Below, one piece after another: positions 43,201 to 54,663 of a stretch of 64,000 bases of DNA. The DNA is from Phoronis australis. Its lineage: Eukaryota > Animalia > Phoronida. The position numbers were made by a program, and so were the translations under genes. The stretch spans positions 68,380 through 132,379 of the forward strand of contig NMRA01000133.1 in NCBI GenBank assembly GCA_002633005.1. The letters are read 5' to 3'. How positions within the stretch are numbered: position 1 is the first letter of the stretch; each line of letters opens with the position of its first letter. The notes under the pieces are model-generated. The model had not been told where the DNA came from. It saw nothing but the letters and a program-made list of their open reading frames with translations, and ran no database searches.

Positions 43201-46200
43201 CTTTTTCAAGGGCATGATGGGTTGCAACAGTTAAAGGTGAAGGTCACATAGGTTTACACATATGCTACTGATATGCAGTGAACTACAGGTCATATGCCAT
43301 GTGCCAGGGATTCAAGAGGCACACACATTGATAGATGACAAAGTAAAAACTATAGCTGATCCACCAGATTGATGATTGCTGAGAACACCAATGTTCCTAT
43401 TCATGCCTCAGGGGTTGGTGTGAGAAGTCGCTGTAGGAGACCAACTTTTACTAGAAACTCGACTTAAAACTGACCGAGCATATTGCGTGGAATTGGAAAT
43501 TGCATGGCATGTTATTTGTCAATTTATAAGTCAAGTCTCAAGCAGCATTTGGTGGCCATAAGCCATTCATATGTAACTCAAATGAATCTCCAAAAGGCGA
43601 CCATTTGTTTTGTTTAACATCGATGTGCGTCTTTTTATAATCATTGGACTACTGATGGACTACTATCAACCCTTCCACTATTGGACTGACGAAGGACTGC
43701 AAATATCAAACCAGACCGACGTTCCGGGTTTTTGACTACATTAATTATTAAGCCATTGAAGGTTTAACCACACCCGTGTTACAAGACTAGACCCACCTTG
43801 TGATAGAGTTTTGAGTATCACTAGCGACGACAGGAATCTGATGTGAAGAACAGGGCTCCTGAAGAACACGGCCTCCCGTGGTTTGTCGCTGCGCGTTGGT
43901 GACGACGGCGCTTCTGCATCGGTGAAACGGACAACACGGGGCTTGTAAAGCTCTTCTCCCAGTCTTCGTAAGGTCGATGTCAGACTAACCTTCTATGGAA
44001 GAAAGGGGGAGATGTAGCGAGTATACAAACATAGTAGCTATCATCTTTTTATTTCCTTTGAAGATGGATAAAAATGGTATATTACTCATGCATGATGTTC
44101 AACAGTCTTTTCACCGACCAGTGTCAATGACGCGCGTCAATTGCCATCTTATGAACACAGCAGCGGACTACATATGGTGTCTACCTGCGATCCTTGGACA
44201 CTGTCCAGATGTAACAGAGACCAGTAGATGAACTGCAGACAGGGGAGATAAATCCTGTTGTTGTTACTGGGGAAGTCTCTAAGGATGTCAACCAATGCAG
44301 GAAGAACCTACAGCAACAAATGATCGATACATAATAAATATTTAATATGCATGGATTTAAACAGTATAATTATACGCTGCATCACTATTTGGGGGGACAG
44401 CGGTCAGTTCCACTTATGTCTTCTTCTTCTTTCAGTATGCCGAACATCAACTTGATGAAGACACAGACAGAAAAGAGACGCCACTTCCAAGAATCAAAAG
44501 TGTGTTTTCAATTAACAGGGAGGTGCTGTACGGTGCAGGAAAGCAAGTTTGTTCAGGGGACATTACGCCATTTGAAGCAATCCATTCAGCTGTAGCTTGG
44601 ATGGAGTTGCACTGCAGTGGAATATCACAGCACTTTTTATAAATTCTGTGAAATCACCACGCCATTTAATTACAAATTCGTTTGGTAAAATATTCTGATG
44701 ATTCATACAAAAAGTCCAACATTTCAAAATAATCGTGAATGAAAAATGCATCTTTGTCAACTCTTTTCAACTCGCACACCAGAATTTGAATTTGGTTCAT
44801 GAACGTCGTTTTTGTACTTTCGCAACACTAAAAAATTCAGTGTAGGAATTGTGCTATTGGTAAAAACAACATCTTTACCAGATTCATATCTGTTACAACG
44901 ATATGTAAACTATGTTATCCCAGTAATTGTCACTGAACATATTGTAAGGCCAAAAATTTTGATTTACTCCATAAAGCTGTCCAAATTCTCAGACAAACTC
45001 GTCTCATCAAAACGCTCAAAACAGTCGAGGCGAAATAGTCCATAACATTTAAGTTGTGTAGAGACTTCACTAAGTCGTTGGGATTTCAACGTCCATCTTG
45101 TATCAACTTCAAGACAGTAATGAAATACTTATCAAAAGTCACAAGAAAACTGCAGGCAATCAGACACTTAAGTCTTACTTTTGAGCACTTTTCTTGCGCT
45201 ATCTGTAGAGATGGTGATGACTCCAGGGTCTTCGTCGATAGCGAAGGGACTGCGGAACGAAGGTGAGAATCTGAGACCCAGTCGAGTAAGACAGCCAGAA
45301 CATCGTAGGTACCTGGAGCAGGCTAATGGGGGAAATACAAGGCAACAAGATCATCGAACACGGTCTTAAAGTGATATTATTGGAGAAAATTTTTTTCTGA
45401 TATCAGTCTCAGCGCGAAATCAAACTTTAACCTCTCATGTCGCATACAAACACTCAGCAGGTTGAGGTAAATCTCATTCAGTAAATGGCGCAGTGAACTC
45501 GTAAAGTCACCAGCCTCGATATCAGTGAATCTCTGGCATACAAAGGCGAGAATTGTCCATTTGTAATAAAATCACAAAAACACAACAGATTTCATTCTTA
45601 TGGCTCTGGTGAAATATAGTAACAAAAAAAGGCACATCCCATTCATCAATAATCCTAAATATTTGGTTTTTGGCCATAAAAACGTCCCCTTAACATTACT
45701 TTGAATAAAGGCTGATGTCAAGGAACGTCTTAACTTAGTCTTGGATCACATCACTTTCCAGCAACATTTTTTGCAAACTTTTGCAACCCTGGATTTCCCC
45801 AATCACCATAGTTTAGAACATCTTTCAGGGAATGAGAATTAGAGAAAAACGTCTGACACATTGTCTACGAGATTACAGGGGGTGCAATTTGCAACCCTGG
45901 ATTTCCCCAATCACCAAAGCTTAGAACATCTTCAGGGCAATAATTATAGAAAAACGTCTGACACATTGTCTACAAGATGACAGGGTGTACAATATCACCT
46001 ACCCTAATTATTTTTGGTCCAGTACTTTTATTTTCTTTACCAGGAGATGAGGGCGCAGTTTTCCTCAACTTTGCCGTCACACTCTCCATACTGTTCTGCC
46101 TACTCTGTATTTCATGTTTCCTCTACAACCAACAAAACAAATAAATTGGTAAGCCAACAACTGATCAACAAAAGCGTCAAATTTCAAAATCAATTCAAAG

Positions 46201-49200
46201 GACCCCTTCAAGTGAACAAAAATTGCTGAAAGATGACATTTCCAACACTAAAAAATCCAAAGCATCCCTTTACTCAGCCCCTCCACTTTCCCCATCACCC
46301 CCCCCCCCCCTCCCTACCCACCTGCAAGTTGACTAGCCAAGCCTGTACACTGCTATGTTGCTTCTCAAGGCATGTGTGTGCCCCACCCAACTCTTTCAAC
46401 TGTACGCTAAGCCCCTTCACTACCTCCATCTTACCCCCCCTCCCTTACCTGTAAGTTGACAATCTGTGCCTGTACACTGCTATGCAACCCACCCAACTCT
46501 TCCAACTATATGGTCAGCCTCTCCACTTCACCCATCACACCTCCCCCTCACATGTAAGTTGACTAGCCGAGCACGTACACAGTAATGTTGCTTCTCAAGG
46601 TGTGTGCACCCCACCCAACAATTCCAAATGTACGCTCAACCTCTTCACTTCCTCCATCACACCTCCTCCTTACCTGTAAATTGACTAGCCGTGCCTGTAC
46701 ACTGCTATATTGCTTCTCAAGTCGTGTGTGCGCCCCACCCAATTCCTCCAACTGTAGCCTCAGCCCATCATTGGCTTCCTTCAGCGTGTCGAAGCTCTCC
46801 TTCAGCCGTTTACTCTCTCGCTGCTTTTCTTTGAGAGCCTGATCAAGAGTTGCCACCTCAGTAGCATGCTCCTGTACAGGTAAAGCAAGAATATAGGGAC
46901 ATGGTCCTGTACAGGTGAAGGACCACTACAGAGAGATAATCCTGTACATGTGAAGGGAGAATACAGGTACATGGTCCTGTACAGGTGGAGGGGGGAATAC
47001 AGGGACATGGTCCTGTACATGTGAAGGGAGAATACAGGGACATGGTCCTGTACAGGTGGAGGGGGAATACAAGGACATGGTCCTGTACATGTGGAGGGGA
47101 ATACAGAGACATGTTCCTATACAGGTGAAGAGATAATACAGGGACATGGTCCTGTACGTGTGAAGGGAGAATACAGGGACATGGTCCTGTACATGTGGAG
47201 GGGGAATACAAGGGCATGGTCATGCAGAGGTGAAACAAAAATACAGGGGGGATAATCATCACAATGAAAAACAAAATCAACATTTATGCATTATGATTAC
47301 ACACTTAGTTACATCACAAAATTCTTCTCCAAAGTTAATCAATCGTATTGCGTGACACTGTTAAGTAACCATTAAGTGGGCCATTTTCAAGCCAAGTCTA
47401 AAGCAAAATTGAGTCATCTCAGGCCAACTGATCGTCAATAGCTGTGTTCCCATGTATTTCAAAAATCACAGAAATATTTCAGCAAAAAAATAAACGGTTC
47501 TATATTAAAGATACAATCACAATGTTAACTGAATATGAACCATTGTAATTCATGAATAAAATTTCCCAGTATTAGTCCAAGCAAATTTGGTGGAAATCAG
47601 AATACAGGGTAAATCGTGTTTCCATGCAAAAAATATGATTAAAATTTCAGTGGAAAAGAACGTGATTTCTTCCACTAAATTTCACATGGGAATGGCACTG
47701 ATATTCACCAAAGATGAAACCGGGCTGCATTGAAAAGTTGTGTCACTTTGCAGCTATCAAAGGACTATGTAAGGTACCTTAATTATAATTATATTTTCAC
47801 CTGTTGTATGTGAGCCCATCTTTTTTCTACCTCTTCCTCGGTTATTCTCTTCAGGCTTTCTTCACAGTCCAGTACACGACGCTCTCGTTCTCTCAGCACG
47901 GCCTCGCGATCGTGAAGAATACGTGACTCGCGCTGCAAAAGAAAACGGGAATAAGAGGTCTCAAAATTAGCAAGGTATTGCTCTGTTATGTTTCAAGCAC
48001 ATTGTGCATGTAAATGATAGTTTATGTGGTTTCACAATACATGTTTTTAACTTGATATTGCTGAGAATTGACTGACAAAGGTTTTTAGGTGTTTCAAATG
48101 GCTAAGTTACAAACTATACTGGAGTGTGATTAAAATTTTTTTTTTCTAAATAGTGCAAGCTTGTTTTGATCGTGAGACACACTAAAACATTCCAACAATT
48201 TTTTTATAAACTGGAGAAGTAGAAATTAATTTATTTTTTAAGTCATAAAAAATAACATAATTACATGATTGTGTGGCCACCAAAGGTACAGGCCGCTGAT
48301 ACCTGACAACTGAAAAAGTTAAAACACATATAAATTTCAACCAATTTCCATGAAACAAGAAATTTGTGAAAAATTCAGAATCAATTTTTACCTTCAGTTT
48401 GTCACTGATAGCTTGAAGTTCTGCGTAGACCACAGAGACATCTGGTGGATGATTTAGAGTTTCGTCAATGTCAGACTCAGTGTCCATGTACCTGGAAAGA
48501 TCAACCATACAATGCTGGTGTATTCCAATCACAGCTTGCCCAAACTTTGAGACAGGAGACTGGCTTGCTTTCTTTGAACAAGTATTTTGCAATACGACCA
48601 CAACTGTATTTTATCAGCGCTTCTTAAAGAGAAGGGATAGATAGCAGGGTACTAGGGTAGTGTTTCTTGCATACCTCTTTTATCATGTTCTATTGACTGT
48701 TTAGATCAAATAACTTCAAGTGGCAAAAACTAAGTTTTGATTTAGACCACTTCACTTTAAAGTGAAACTTGCACGCTAATTCCTTGTCTCTGCGATTGCT
48801 TGGTCAAATTAGTTAGAAACACAGCCTATAGCGACGATGTGAATATGAAGTATAATGGAAATTGCCAAATGTTTTTAAGAGCGAAATTTGTGTTGAAAAT
48901 GATCCGCCGTAAATCCCTCAACCGTGTCCAGTAAGTATCGTGACGTGGTGTTGGGGAATAGCACTGTATGATGCGGACTACGTGACCCTCCAAGGTACGT
49001 CATTAGCGCAAAGGTCACCCCTTTGCAGAACTTTTTATTTTCACATTTACAAGTTGTCAATAAATACAACTGCACTTTGTTTAGCATAGATGATGTCCAA
49101 ATAATATTGTCATTTAGTTCCTGCTACACATTAGCAGTTATGAGCGTGTAAATACACCTTTAATATGAAATCAGTATAAATTGTCCCTTAGTCAAATTAT

Positions 49201-52200
49201 AAGGTGATTTCTGGGTTTGGAAAAAACTGACAACTTTCCATTACATGAAACTAGTCCCTACAAGTTGCCTGTCACCCTACAATGATCCATGTGCCGAGCA
49301 GGACCTTGAGGCATCATGTGTTGAGCAGGACCTTGAGGCACCATGTGCCGAGCAGGACCTTGAGGCACCATGTGCCAAGCAGGACCTTGAGGAACAACCG
49401 TCAGTTCTTTCCAAGCCCATGAATCACTTCATGTCTGAGTTAGGAACAAATACAGATCAGTTTTCAATAGTGGCAAGTGGTCTCAATCAAAAGTAGGCTT
49501 CTTTGACAGAACGAGGTTTCATAACCACTTTTTATTAAAATACGGTATACTATGTATTATTTAGCCTCGATCCCAGATCCCAGACTTAATTAACAATTTG
49601 AGTCTGGTGTATATATTTGAGATCTGGTTCTTGGTTGGTCAATCAATGAGGGCAACCAGTTGCCATAACTTGAGCCATAACCCAGATGATAAATGAGGGG
49701 ATAAAATCTGTGGCCACCATGCCACTGCTCAAATGTCCCTCCAGCTCCACACATGGTTTAGGTGCACTCTGTTTTCGCATCCCACAAAAGGTTATTCAAA
49801 AAGAAGTAGGATGTAACATGGGTGGCGCAGCAATGAATAAAGTGGGGGCTATAGCCAACCCCAGACCCCCATCCCCCCTGTGGTGCACCACCCAAGCAGA
49901 AGTAATACCACTGAGCAGCAATTGAATGAATAGAGAGAAGATGGGACAAAACAATTTGAAATACTAAAATATGCATACAAAACAGATCGCACCTTAGTGT
50001 GATACAAATCGGACAAAATAGCCTCCATTTGAGGAGATAAGATGCCTGTACGAGTGATTTCTGGATGGCTATGTTGTTCTATGTTAAAAAACAGGACACT
50101 AAAATTATTAGTCTTCATACAGCCATACGGCATGTATGAAAACTAACAACATACAGTACAGTCCTGCTAATTTAAAATGTCAATATTGATGTTAATTTAT
50201 TCAGGACTGGCTCACCCATATATCACTTGGTTCTACCAGCGGGACAGTGCTGAAAATTGCAAAATCCATGTTCAAGAAGATGGCCAGCCTGACAAGTTGG
50301 TTTATTCTATACATGCACATTTGACAATCAGTTTTCTAGTGCTATAAAGCAAAACAGGTTTTCAAACTGAACAACTGATTTCTTGAATCCATTAACAGCA
50401 TGTTACATACGCAACGGCTAATCTCAGGTGTCGCACGCATTTATGTACGCACCCCTACTGCGACCCGTACCAAAGCTTTGTTATTACCTTGACGATGGTT
50501 GCCACTCACGCTGACGCCTCCTGTGTTTTGACGACCGCCGTTCGACACTGTCCCCTCCGTCCAAAAAGGGTGTGTGCACGTAGTCTGGGGAGAGATGCGA
50601 CCTGTCTTCATCCCCACTGTAGCGATTGGTGTCAAATAGGGGGTCGTCCTCACTGGCCACCGTGGAAGCTTTAAGTTCAAAGGCAATCTTGTTGGTCAAA
50701 GGAATTTTTACATTTAAGTGATAAAATTTAAGAAATGACGAATACGTAAAGATTCCTTTGCTAAATTTTAGTCAGAGAAAGTAATATTCATATTCTTCAA
50801 TCCACATGCTCACTGTCAATTTCAAAGAATAACAGAACATGTTTGAAACACAGATAATAACAAGATATTAGAAATCAATTTACTCTGTTATATCCACAAT
50901 ACATAGAACTCTAGCTTAAGAATGTCAAATTCGATTTTGTGCTGTTGAGGTTGTGTTGCAAGTGCGGCATTTGTTTGCATTTGTTTTTTCCGGTGTTGAT
51001 TATTTCTATGGAATTTGCTGTCAATAAAACTTTTCACAACTCCATTTTTAACCGAATTGCATAAAAGTCATATCATTAGAAAGCTCTTCATCAGTTCTTG
51101 ATAGCAGAAGCAAATGATAAATAATTTAATTCATAAATAATCGTCATTTGGCATACCTGACAGGTATAAAAATATCAAAAACAAAAAGTATTACCAAAAT
51201 ACTAAAAATAACAGGGTGCAATAGTAACATAAGAAAGGAAATGAACCAGTGATGTCATATAAATGACTAATTAAACCAGCAAGGAAATAATTTCAATAAT
51301 TCAAAAGATTTCTTCTCTATCAAAACAAAGATTTTAGTTGAAAATAGTGCTATGTCACGTGGGAAATTTGTTGTATATTTTTATGCACAGCTCTGTACGT
51401 TGTTGTGTTGTGTTGTGCTGCGTGTATATTTGTATATGTATTTGTCTTTTGCAATAAATGTATTAATTGTGAAAAATAATAATAATATGTCACTGTTGGC
51501 ATGTGTCAAAAAGCGGGACATTTTGATGGAGTGGCAAGATGGCAGGAAAAAATTCAAAAAGTAGGATAGTTTGCCAAGAGCAGGACAATTGGCAAGTATA
51601 GTGTTGGCAAGTACAGTGTACACTGACAGCAACACAAAGTATTGGATTGGGTTTTTTTTTACAATGTAAAGTTGCATTTTTTAAATTTTATTTCACGGGT
51701 ATGGGTAAATACTACAAAAAACATTCGCTGCTCAGAAATAAAGTTTACAAAAAGTATCTGGGCAACAGGTAAACATTGCACATATGAATTATTACAGAAA
51801 CAGTTGAAAACAGTAATAATTTATACAAACAGACACACATACACCCAGGTAGGCAAATACGAGCAATTTTTCGAAAGTGATGTAAACACACCTGCTTGTT
51901 GGGGCTAAACACACCTGCTTGTTGGGGCTAAACTTTTCATTTTTTTATTGCAGAACAAACACTCAGAGACCAAATTTCATTTCTTTCCGTATTATCTGGC
52001 CAGGGCCACAGGTTTGTGCGTATACAGAATGGCCAATGTAAACGTCGGGTTTGTTGAGTAATTTTGCCAGGAAATCGCTGGTTGCTTAGAACCATAGCTC
52101 AAGAGTGTCCCTTGATGAACAAAAACGTCAAAATGAAAATAAAGCAATGGAATTAAGCTTGATTTGATAACTTTAACACTCGATCAAAACTCGACGAGCA

Positions 52201-52644
52201 AGCAGCCAGAGATTCACAGAGCAAATTCTCACGACTACATCTAGTCTCGGGGTCGCAAGCTCTAATAATAGAATATATTGGTCATGTGAGGGAGTTAGAA
52301 TTCCAGGGCTAGAGTTCTAAGTCACAATGTAATGATGTAGAATGGGCAACTTCATACCCACTAGGTGGCGCTAATAAATAAATTTCCCACTTTTTGACAA
52401 CTCGGTTCAACTGCTTGGGGATGTTCATAAAATATGGATACCACCTGATCAACAGGTATTTTTACGGGAAGGTCCCGTGCTTCACGTGCTAAAGCTAACT
52501 CGACTTATTCCAGTTTGAAATGTGCAATTTTGGCTTCACCTTAATACCACTTAGATATAAGACTGAACCAAGAACACATTTGCAGTAACACTTACAGTCA
52601 ATATCAGGAACGTCACCAAACCTCAGATGCTTCTCTCTGTTCAT
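13036..52644 (-). CDS. CCDC138: Coiled-coil domain-containing protein 138 orthologue, 12 coding exons, 575 aa
   Basis: Manually spliced: complement(join 52596-52644, 50488-50668, 48392-48491, 47801-47932, 46674-46871, 46003-46122, 45179-45322, 44185-44307, 43797-43992, 42872-42993, 34425-34615, 13036-13207) = 1728 nt. All introns are GT-AG with consistent phases. Peptides LKEKQRESKRLKESFDTLKE, VQARLVNLQRKHE, LTSTLRRLGEE, RFLSSLVILKT, EKLSIVLQKLSKIRSNKKYFE and FLALNLKSILYNL match vertebrate CCDC138 as I recall it. The N-terminal exons are less certain. Confidence 0.9.
14321..14490. mobile_element. Short MITE, possibly Harbinger/PIF-like
   Basis: TIRs GCCCTGTTCACACC and GGTGTGAACATGGC (13/14 match); no clear TSD. 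Confidence 0.55.
16600..17150 (-). mobile_element. Possible highly decayed LINE endonuclease fragment
   Basis: Minus-strand peptide CELRSRNKVTIAVYRPTN resembles the xGxxYRPP motif of CR1/L2/jockey apurinic-like endonucleases; otherwise broken. Confidence 0.3.
21203..21360. repeat. 79-bp tandem duplication x2
   Basis: CCAGTCCC.CTATATTGTG.GCTAAATCTAAGTG...GATACATAGAT occurs twice. Confidence 0.9.
25500..25997 (+). mobile_element. Right end of a Tc1/mariner-pogo-like DNA transposon (left end not found)
   Basis: Ends GGGTGCTTATTAGGGCGAATACAG|TA with three subterminal GCGCTTATT/GTGCTTATT repeats; encloses the HIRAN-like pseudogene. Confidence 0.55.
25549..25858 (+). pseudogene. Frameshifted HIRAN-like domain ORF within a decayed DNA transposon
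   Basis: Across frameshifts it reads SILGFHVYKEIWIPVEGE / YNPFDKYAVSVLKGQTIIGHVPPKISKTC / FFLKHGGSL / GLQIPRTMIFSG, matching the G(F/Y)HVY...NPxDxxAV...IGHVP...GLEIP pattern of HIRAN-like domains. Confidence 0.7.
26397..27222 (+). mobile_element. Non-autonomous Helentron/HINE-like element with internal degenerate subrepeats
   Basis: 3' stem-loop ATGTGCACTCA...TGAGGGCACAT (27187-27218) followed by AACAA. Internal ~100-150 bp subrepeats each begin with a CCACTAG-type motif, several followed by ..TTTCATGAC-like sequence. Family assignment is inferred from architecture. Confidence 0.5.
32647..32924. repeat. 12-bp minisatellite (GTCAGTAACTAT)n, ~22-23 copies
   Basis: Direct reading; variants include GTCAGTTACTAT and 16-bp units. 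Confidence 0.95.
34425..34615 (-). CDS. CCDC138: CCDC138 coding exon 11 (ALLSDTIDVFLQMS...LQKLSKIR)
   Basis: ttttctag acceptor, gtgagc donor; phase 0 to 2. Confidence 0.92.
35431..35674. mobile_element. MITE, pogo/Tigger-like, TA target duplication
   Basis: TIRs CGGTAAAGTCTCACCAATTTAGGACA and TGTCCGAAATTGGTGAGATTTTACCG, flanked by TA on both sides. Confidence 0.85.
36673..36743. repeat. 12-bp repeat (GACTGTACCAAC)x6
   Basis: Direct reading; explains the TVPT and LVQS ORFs. Confidence 0.95.
39082..39190. repeat. 42-bp tandem repeat, ~2.5 copies
   Basis: GTGTACCTTACCGTA.GGCTTTTGGCATTCTATGTTCTAGAA. Confidence 0.85.
42872..42993 (-). CDS. CCDC138: CCDC138 coding exon 10 (DHLAHVFDVLKSDIK...YFKPSK)
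   Basis: atttcag acceptor, gtgagt donor; phase 1 to 0. Confidence 0.9.
43797..43992 (-). CDS. CCDC138: CCDC138 coding exon 9 (KVSLTSTLRRLGEE...SLVILKTLSQ)
   Basis: ccatag acceptor, gtgggt donor; phase 0 to 1. Confidence 0.92.
44185..44307 (-). CDS. CCDC138: CCDC138 coding exon 8 (VLPALVDIL...QFIYWSLLHLDSVQGSQ)
   Basis: ctgtag acceptor, gtagac donor; FIYWSL motif. Confidence 0.9.
45179..45322 (-). CDS. CCDC138: CCDC138 coding exon 7 (PAPGTYDVLAVLLDWVSDSHL...QEKCSK)
   Basis: cattag acceptor, gtaaga donor; DWVSD and QEKC motifs. Confidence 0.88.
45781..45980. repeat. ~108-bp tandem duplication x2
   Basis: TTGCAACCCTGGATTTCCCCAATCACC...GAAAAACGTCTGACACATTGTCTAC occurs twice. Confidence 0.85.
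46003..46122 (-). CDS. CCDC138: CCDC138 coding exon 6 (RKHEIQSRQ...GPKIIR)
   Basis: ttgtag acceptor, gtaggt donor; phase 0-0. Confidence 0.82.
46273..46766. repeat. Four degenerate ~105-135 bp tandem units, each the 3' end of CCDC138 coding exon 5 plus donor and start of intron
   Basis: Repeated (T/C)ACCTG(T/C)AAGTTGACTAGCC..GCCTGTACACTGCTAT.TTGCTTCTCAAG...CCCACCCAAC. Confidence 0.9.
46674..46871 (-). CDS. CCDC138: CCDC138 coding exon 5 (EHATEVATLDQALKEKQ...VQARLVNLQ)
   Basis: tgtacag acceptor, gtaagg donor; conserved coiled coil. Confidence 0.9.
46870..47245. repeat. ~37-bp minisatellite, ~10 copies, overlapping the CCDC138 coding-exon-5 acceptor
   Basis: Unit CCTGTACAGGTGGAGGGGGGAATACAGGGACATGGT with variants. 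Confidence 0.92.
47801..47932 (-). CDS. CCDC138: CCDC138 coding exon 4 (RESRILHDREAVLRERE...WAHIQQ)
   Basis: ttttgcag acceptor, gtgaaa donor; charged coiled-coil peptide. Confidence 0.88.
48392..48491 (-). CDS. CCDC138: CCDC138 coding exon 3 (YMDTESDIDE...VYAELQAISDKLK)
   Basis: ttccag acceptor, gtaaaa donor; phase 2 to 0. Confidence 0.85.
49287..49392. repeat. 27-bp repeat x4 (CCATGTGCCGAGCAGGACCTTGAGGCA)
   Basis: Direct reading. Confidence 0.9.
50488..50668 (-). CDS. CCDC138: CCDC138 coding exon 2 (STVASEDDPLFDTNRY...WQPSSR)
   Basis: Open, GC-richer frame; aaag acceptor, gtaata donor; phase 1 to 2. Confidence 0.75.
52596..52644 (-). CDS. CCDC138: CCDC138 first coding exon (MNREKHLRFGDVPDID); full exon 52596-52669
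   Basis: Acceptor ttattttgcag, ATG in aaccATGa context, donor gtaagt; phase 1 matches the next exon. Confidence 0.65.
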
Positions 52645-53481
52645 GGTTAATGGTTAATGGTTAAACAATCTGCAAAATAACAAGCAGAAGGAACCAATAG
52701 TCAGTACAAACCTTCGTGTGCGCATACACACAAAACATGAGAAGCTCAGGTAATTGCCAAACTGACTTTTATCTTTTAGGTGACTTGTGGTTTTTTAAGT
52801 CAGTCACCTAAAAGCCAGTTTAACTACTGGCCATAAAACCGACGGCGCCCTCTGTTAAAAACTAACTTATTGCTTTATGCCACTTACTGTTACAAAATCT
52901 ATCTCGTTTTATTCCTTACTCAGATTAGAAATGATTTCTAGACTTGAGAAGAAGTGACATGTGTCATTTGATTCCACCAGGCCCAGTAATCGGTTGTGAC
53001 AATGGGTTAGCTTGAGTATCCATGGCAGTACAACAATCGGGAATTTCAGGCAACAAAATTTCAATTCAAATAAAAGATATGAATCCGATTATGCTGCCTT
53101 GGAAAAGCCAATGCGCTTGCGAAAAAAAATTATTTTCTTAGTTAACACCAAATACATGATTTATAGAGATAATATTAATAAAGATTCCTTTCGGATCCGA
53201 AAAGCCATACCTTTAGGTTGTCGGTGTACAACCGTTTCGTCCATTTCTCACAGACTTAGAAATGAACAAAAAAGCTGTACACCAACAACCTCAAGGTATG
53301 GCTTTTTGGTTCCAAAAGGGATCTTTAATCTATTTATAATCATGATTTATACGAACCCAGAAATATACATAGACTCATGGATTACAATGGTTTTCGAAAT
53401 GCTTGACTGTAGATCCCAGGCTGAAAATGGGCTTAATTGATCTTACATTTACACCATTTGATGGCCATGATAAAGAATGCA

Positions 53482-54663
53482 CTCTACCCGTTCTTAAAGA
53501 ATTTTGCTTCATTTGGAGATGACTTTATTAAGTCGAAGTTAACTCTAATTGGTAATTCCTACTGGCGCGACGTATTTGAAAGTATGTTATCTTTCTACAA
53601 GAAAATAATTGTTGCAAGTAAAGAGGACTTTTTGAACCAACCTTTGTGGTTTAATAGTAACTTGGCGATCGGAGGCACAGGTGTTTTTTATAAGCCTTGG
53701 TTTGTAAAAGGCTTGAGATTTATTAGAGATATGTATACCTCTGATGGTGATCTTGTTAGTCTAAACAATATGAAAAATAGGTTCGACGTGAAAACCAACT
53801 TTGTAGAATATAATGGTGTTGTTTCTGTTCTAAAAAGGTTTCAAAAAAGTCTATTTCAAAGTAAATTTAAAAGTGTTAATGTCTACTCTCCTTGCATGCC
53901 TTTAGCAATTACTCACTTACGGAAAGATTTGAAGGGTTGTAGACATATCTGTTCAGTCTTTAATAACGTTAAGAAACCTAAGTCAGAGTCTAAATGGGAA
54001 ATAGAGCTAGGAGATAGTTTAGATTGGAAGAAAATATATGCTTTACCTTACAAAATTACAAAGGATCCCCATATTAGATGGTTCCAATTTAGAATACTAC
54101 ATAGAATTATTGCAACAAATACCTTTTTAGTCAAAATATGTGTTAGGGATTCTGATCTATGTTCCTTTTGTAATAAAGCTCCAGAGACGCTGTCACACCT
54201 TTTTTGGGAATGTAGCTTTGTACAAGATTTCTGGAAGGAATTCGAAAAGCTACTTCAAAAGTGTGGCATTCAGCTTCCCAACTGTCTGTCTTACGATATT
54301 GTTATTCTTGGACTTTACAAGACGCAAGATTTCCTATTTAACATTTTACTTCTACTAGCTAAACAGTACATTTACAAAGAGAGATGTCACAAAAATATAC
54401 CTAATTTTCTCAAGTTCGTTACAAAAACTTATGAATACTATAATGCTGAAAAATTAAATGCACATAACAACTTTGTACATGACAGCTTCTCTGCAAAATG
54501 GGAAAAATTTATTGTTCATGTTAAGTTCATGTAGAAGATATTTACTTTAAACGAGATACGAGAATGGTCTTCCTGAGGTGTGCATGCGTGAATGAATGGT
54601 GTACTTATTTGTTTGTTTGTTTTTGTAATTGTTTGTAAAGGATAATAAATACATAAAAAAAAA
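53482..54663 (+). mobile_element. 5'-truncated L1/Tx1-clade LINE (ORF2 C-terminus with zf-RVT-like CCHC region)
   Basis: Uninterrupted frame to TAG at 54534 with RWFQFRILHRIIATN...CSFCNKAPETLSHLFWEC. Short 3'UTR, AATAAA and poly(A) tail. Direct repeat AAAGAATGCA at 53472-53481 and 54664-54673 (TSD). Confidence 0.9.

Noticed and set aside
46802-47283. Cys/Pro-rich repeat ORFs (TCTGPCPCILP...)
   Set aside because: Translations of the intronic 37-bp minisatellite in several frames.
32647-49392. Tandem arrays in this span as CRISPR-like arrays
   Set aside because: No unique spacers between repeats, eukaryotic context, no cas genes.
49245-49496. ORF with CAEQDLEA repeats
   Set aside because: A 27-bp intronic repeat, antisense to CCDC138, with no supporting gene structure.
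53012-53440. 142-aa ORF abutting the LINE ORF as ORF1 or an operon partner
   Set aside because: Lies outside the TSD-defined insertion and has no recognisable domain.
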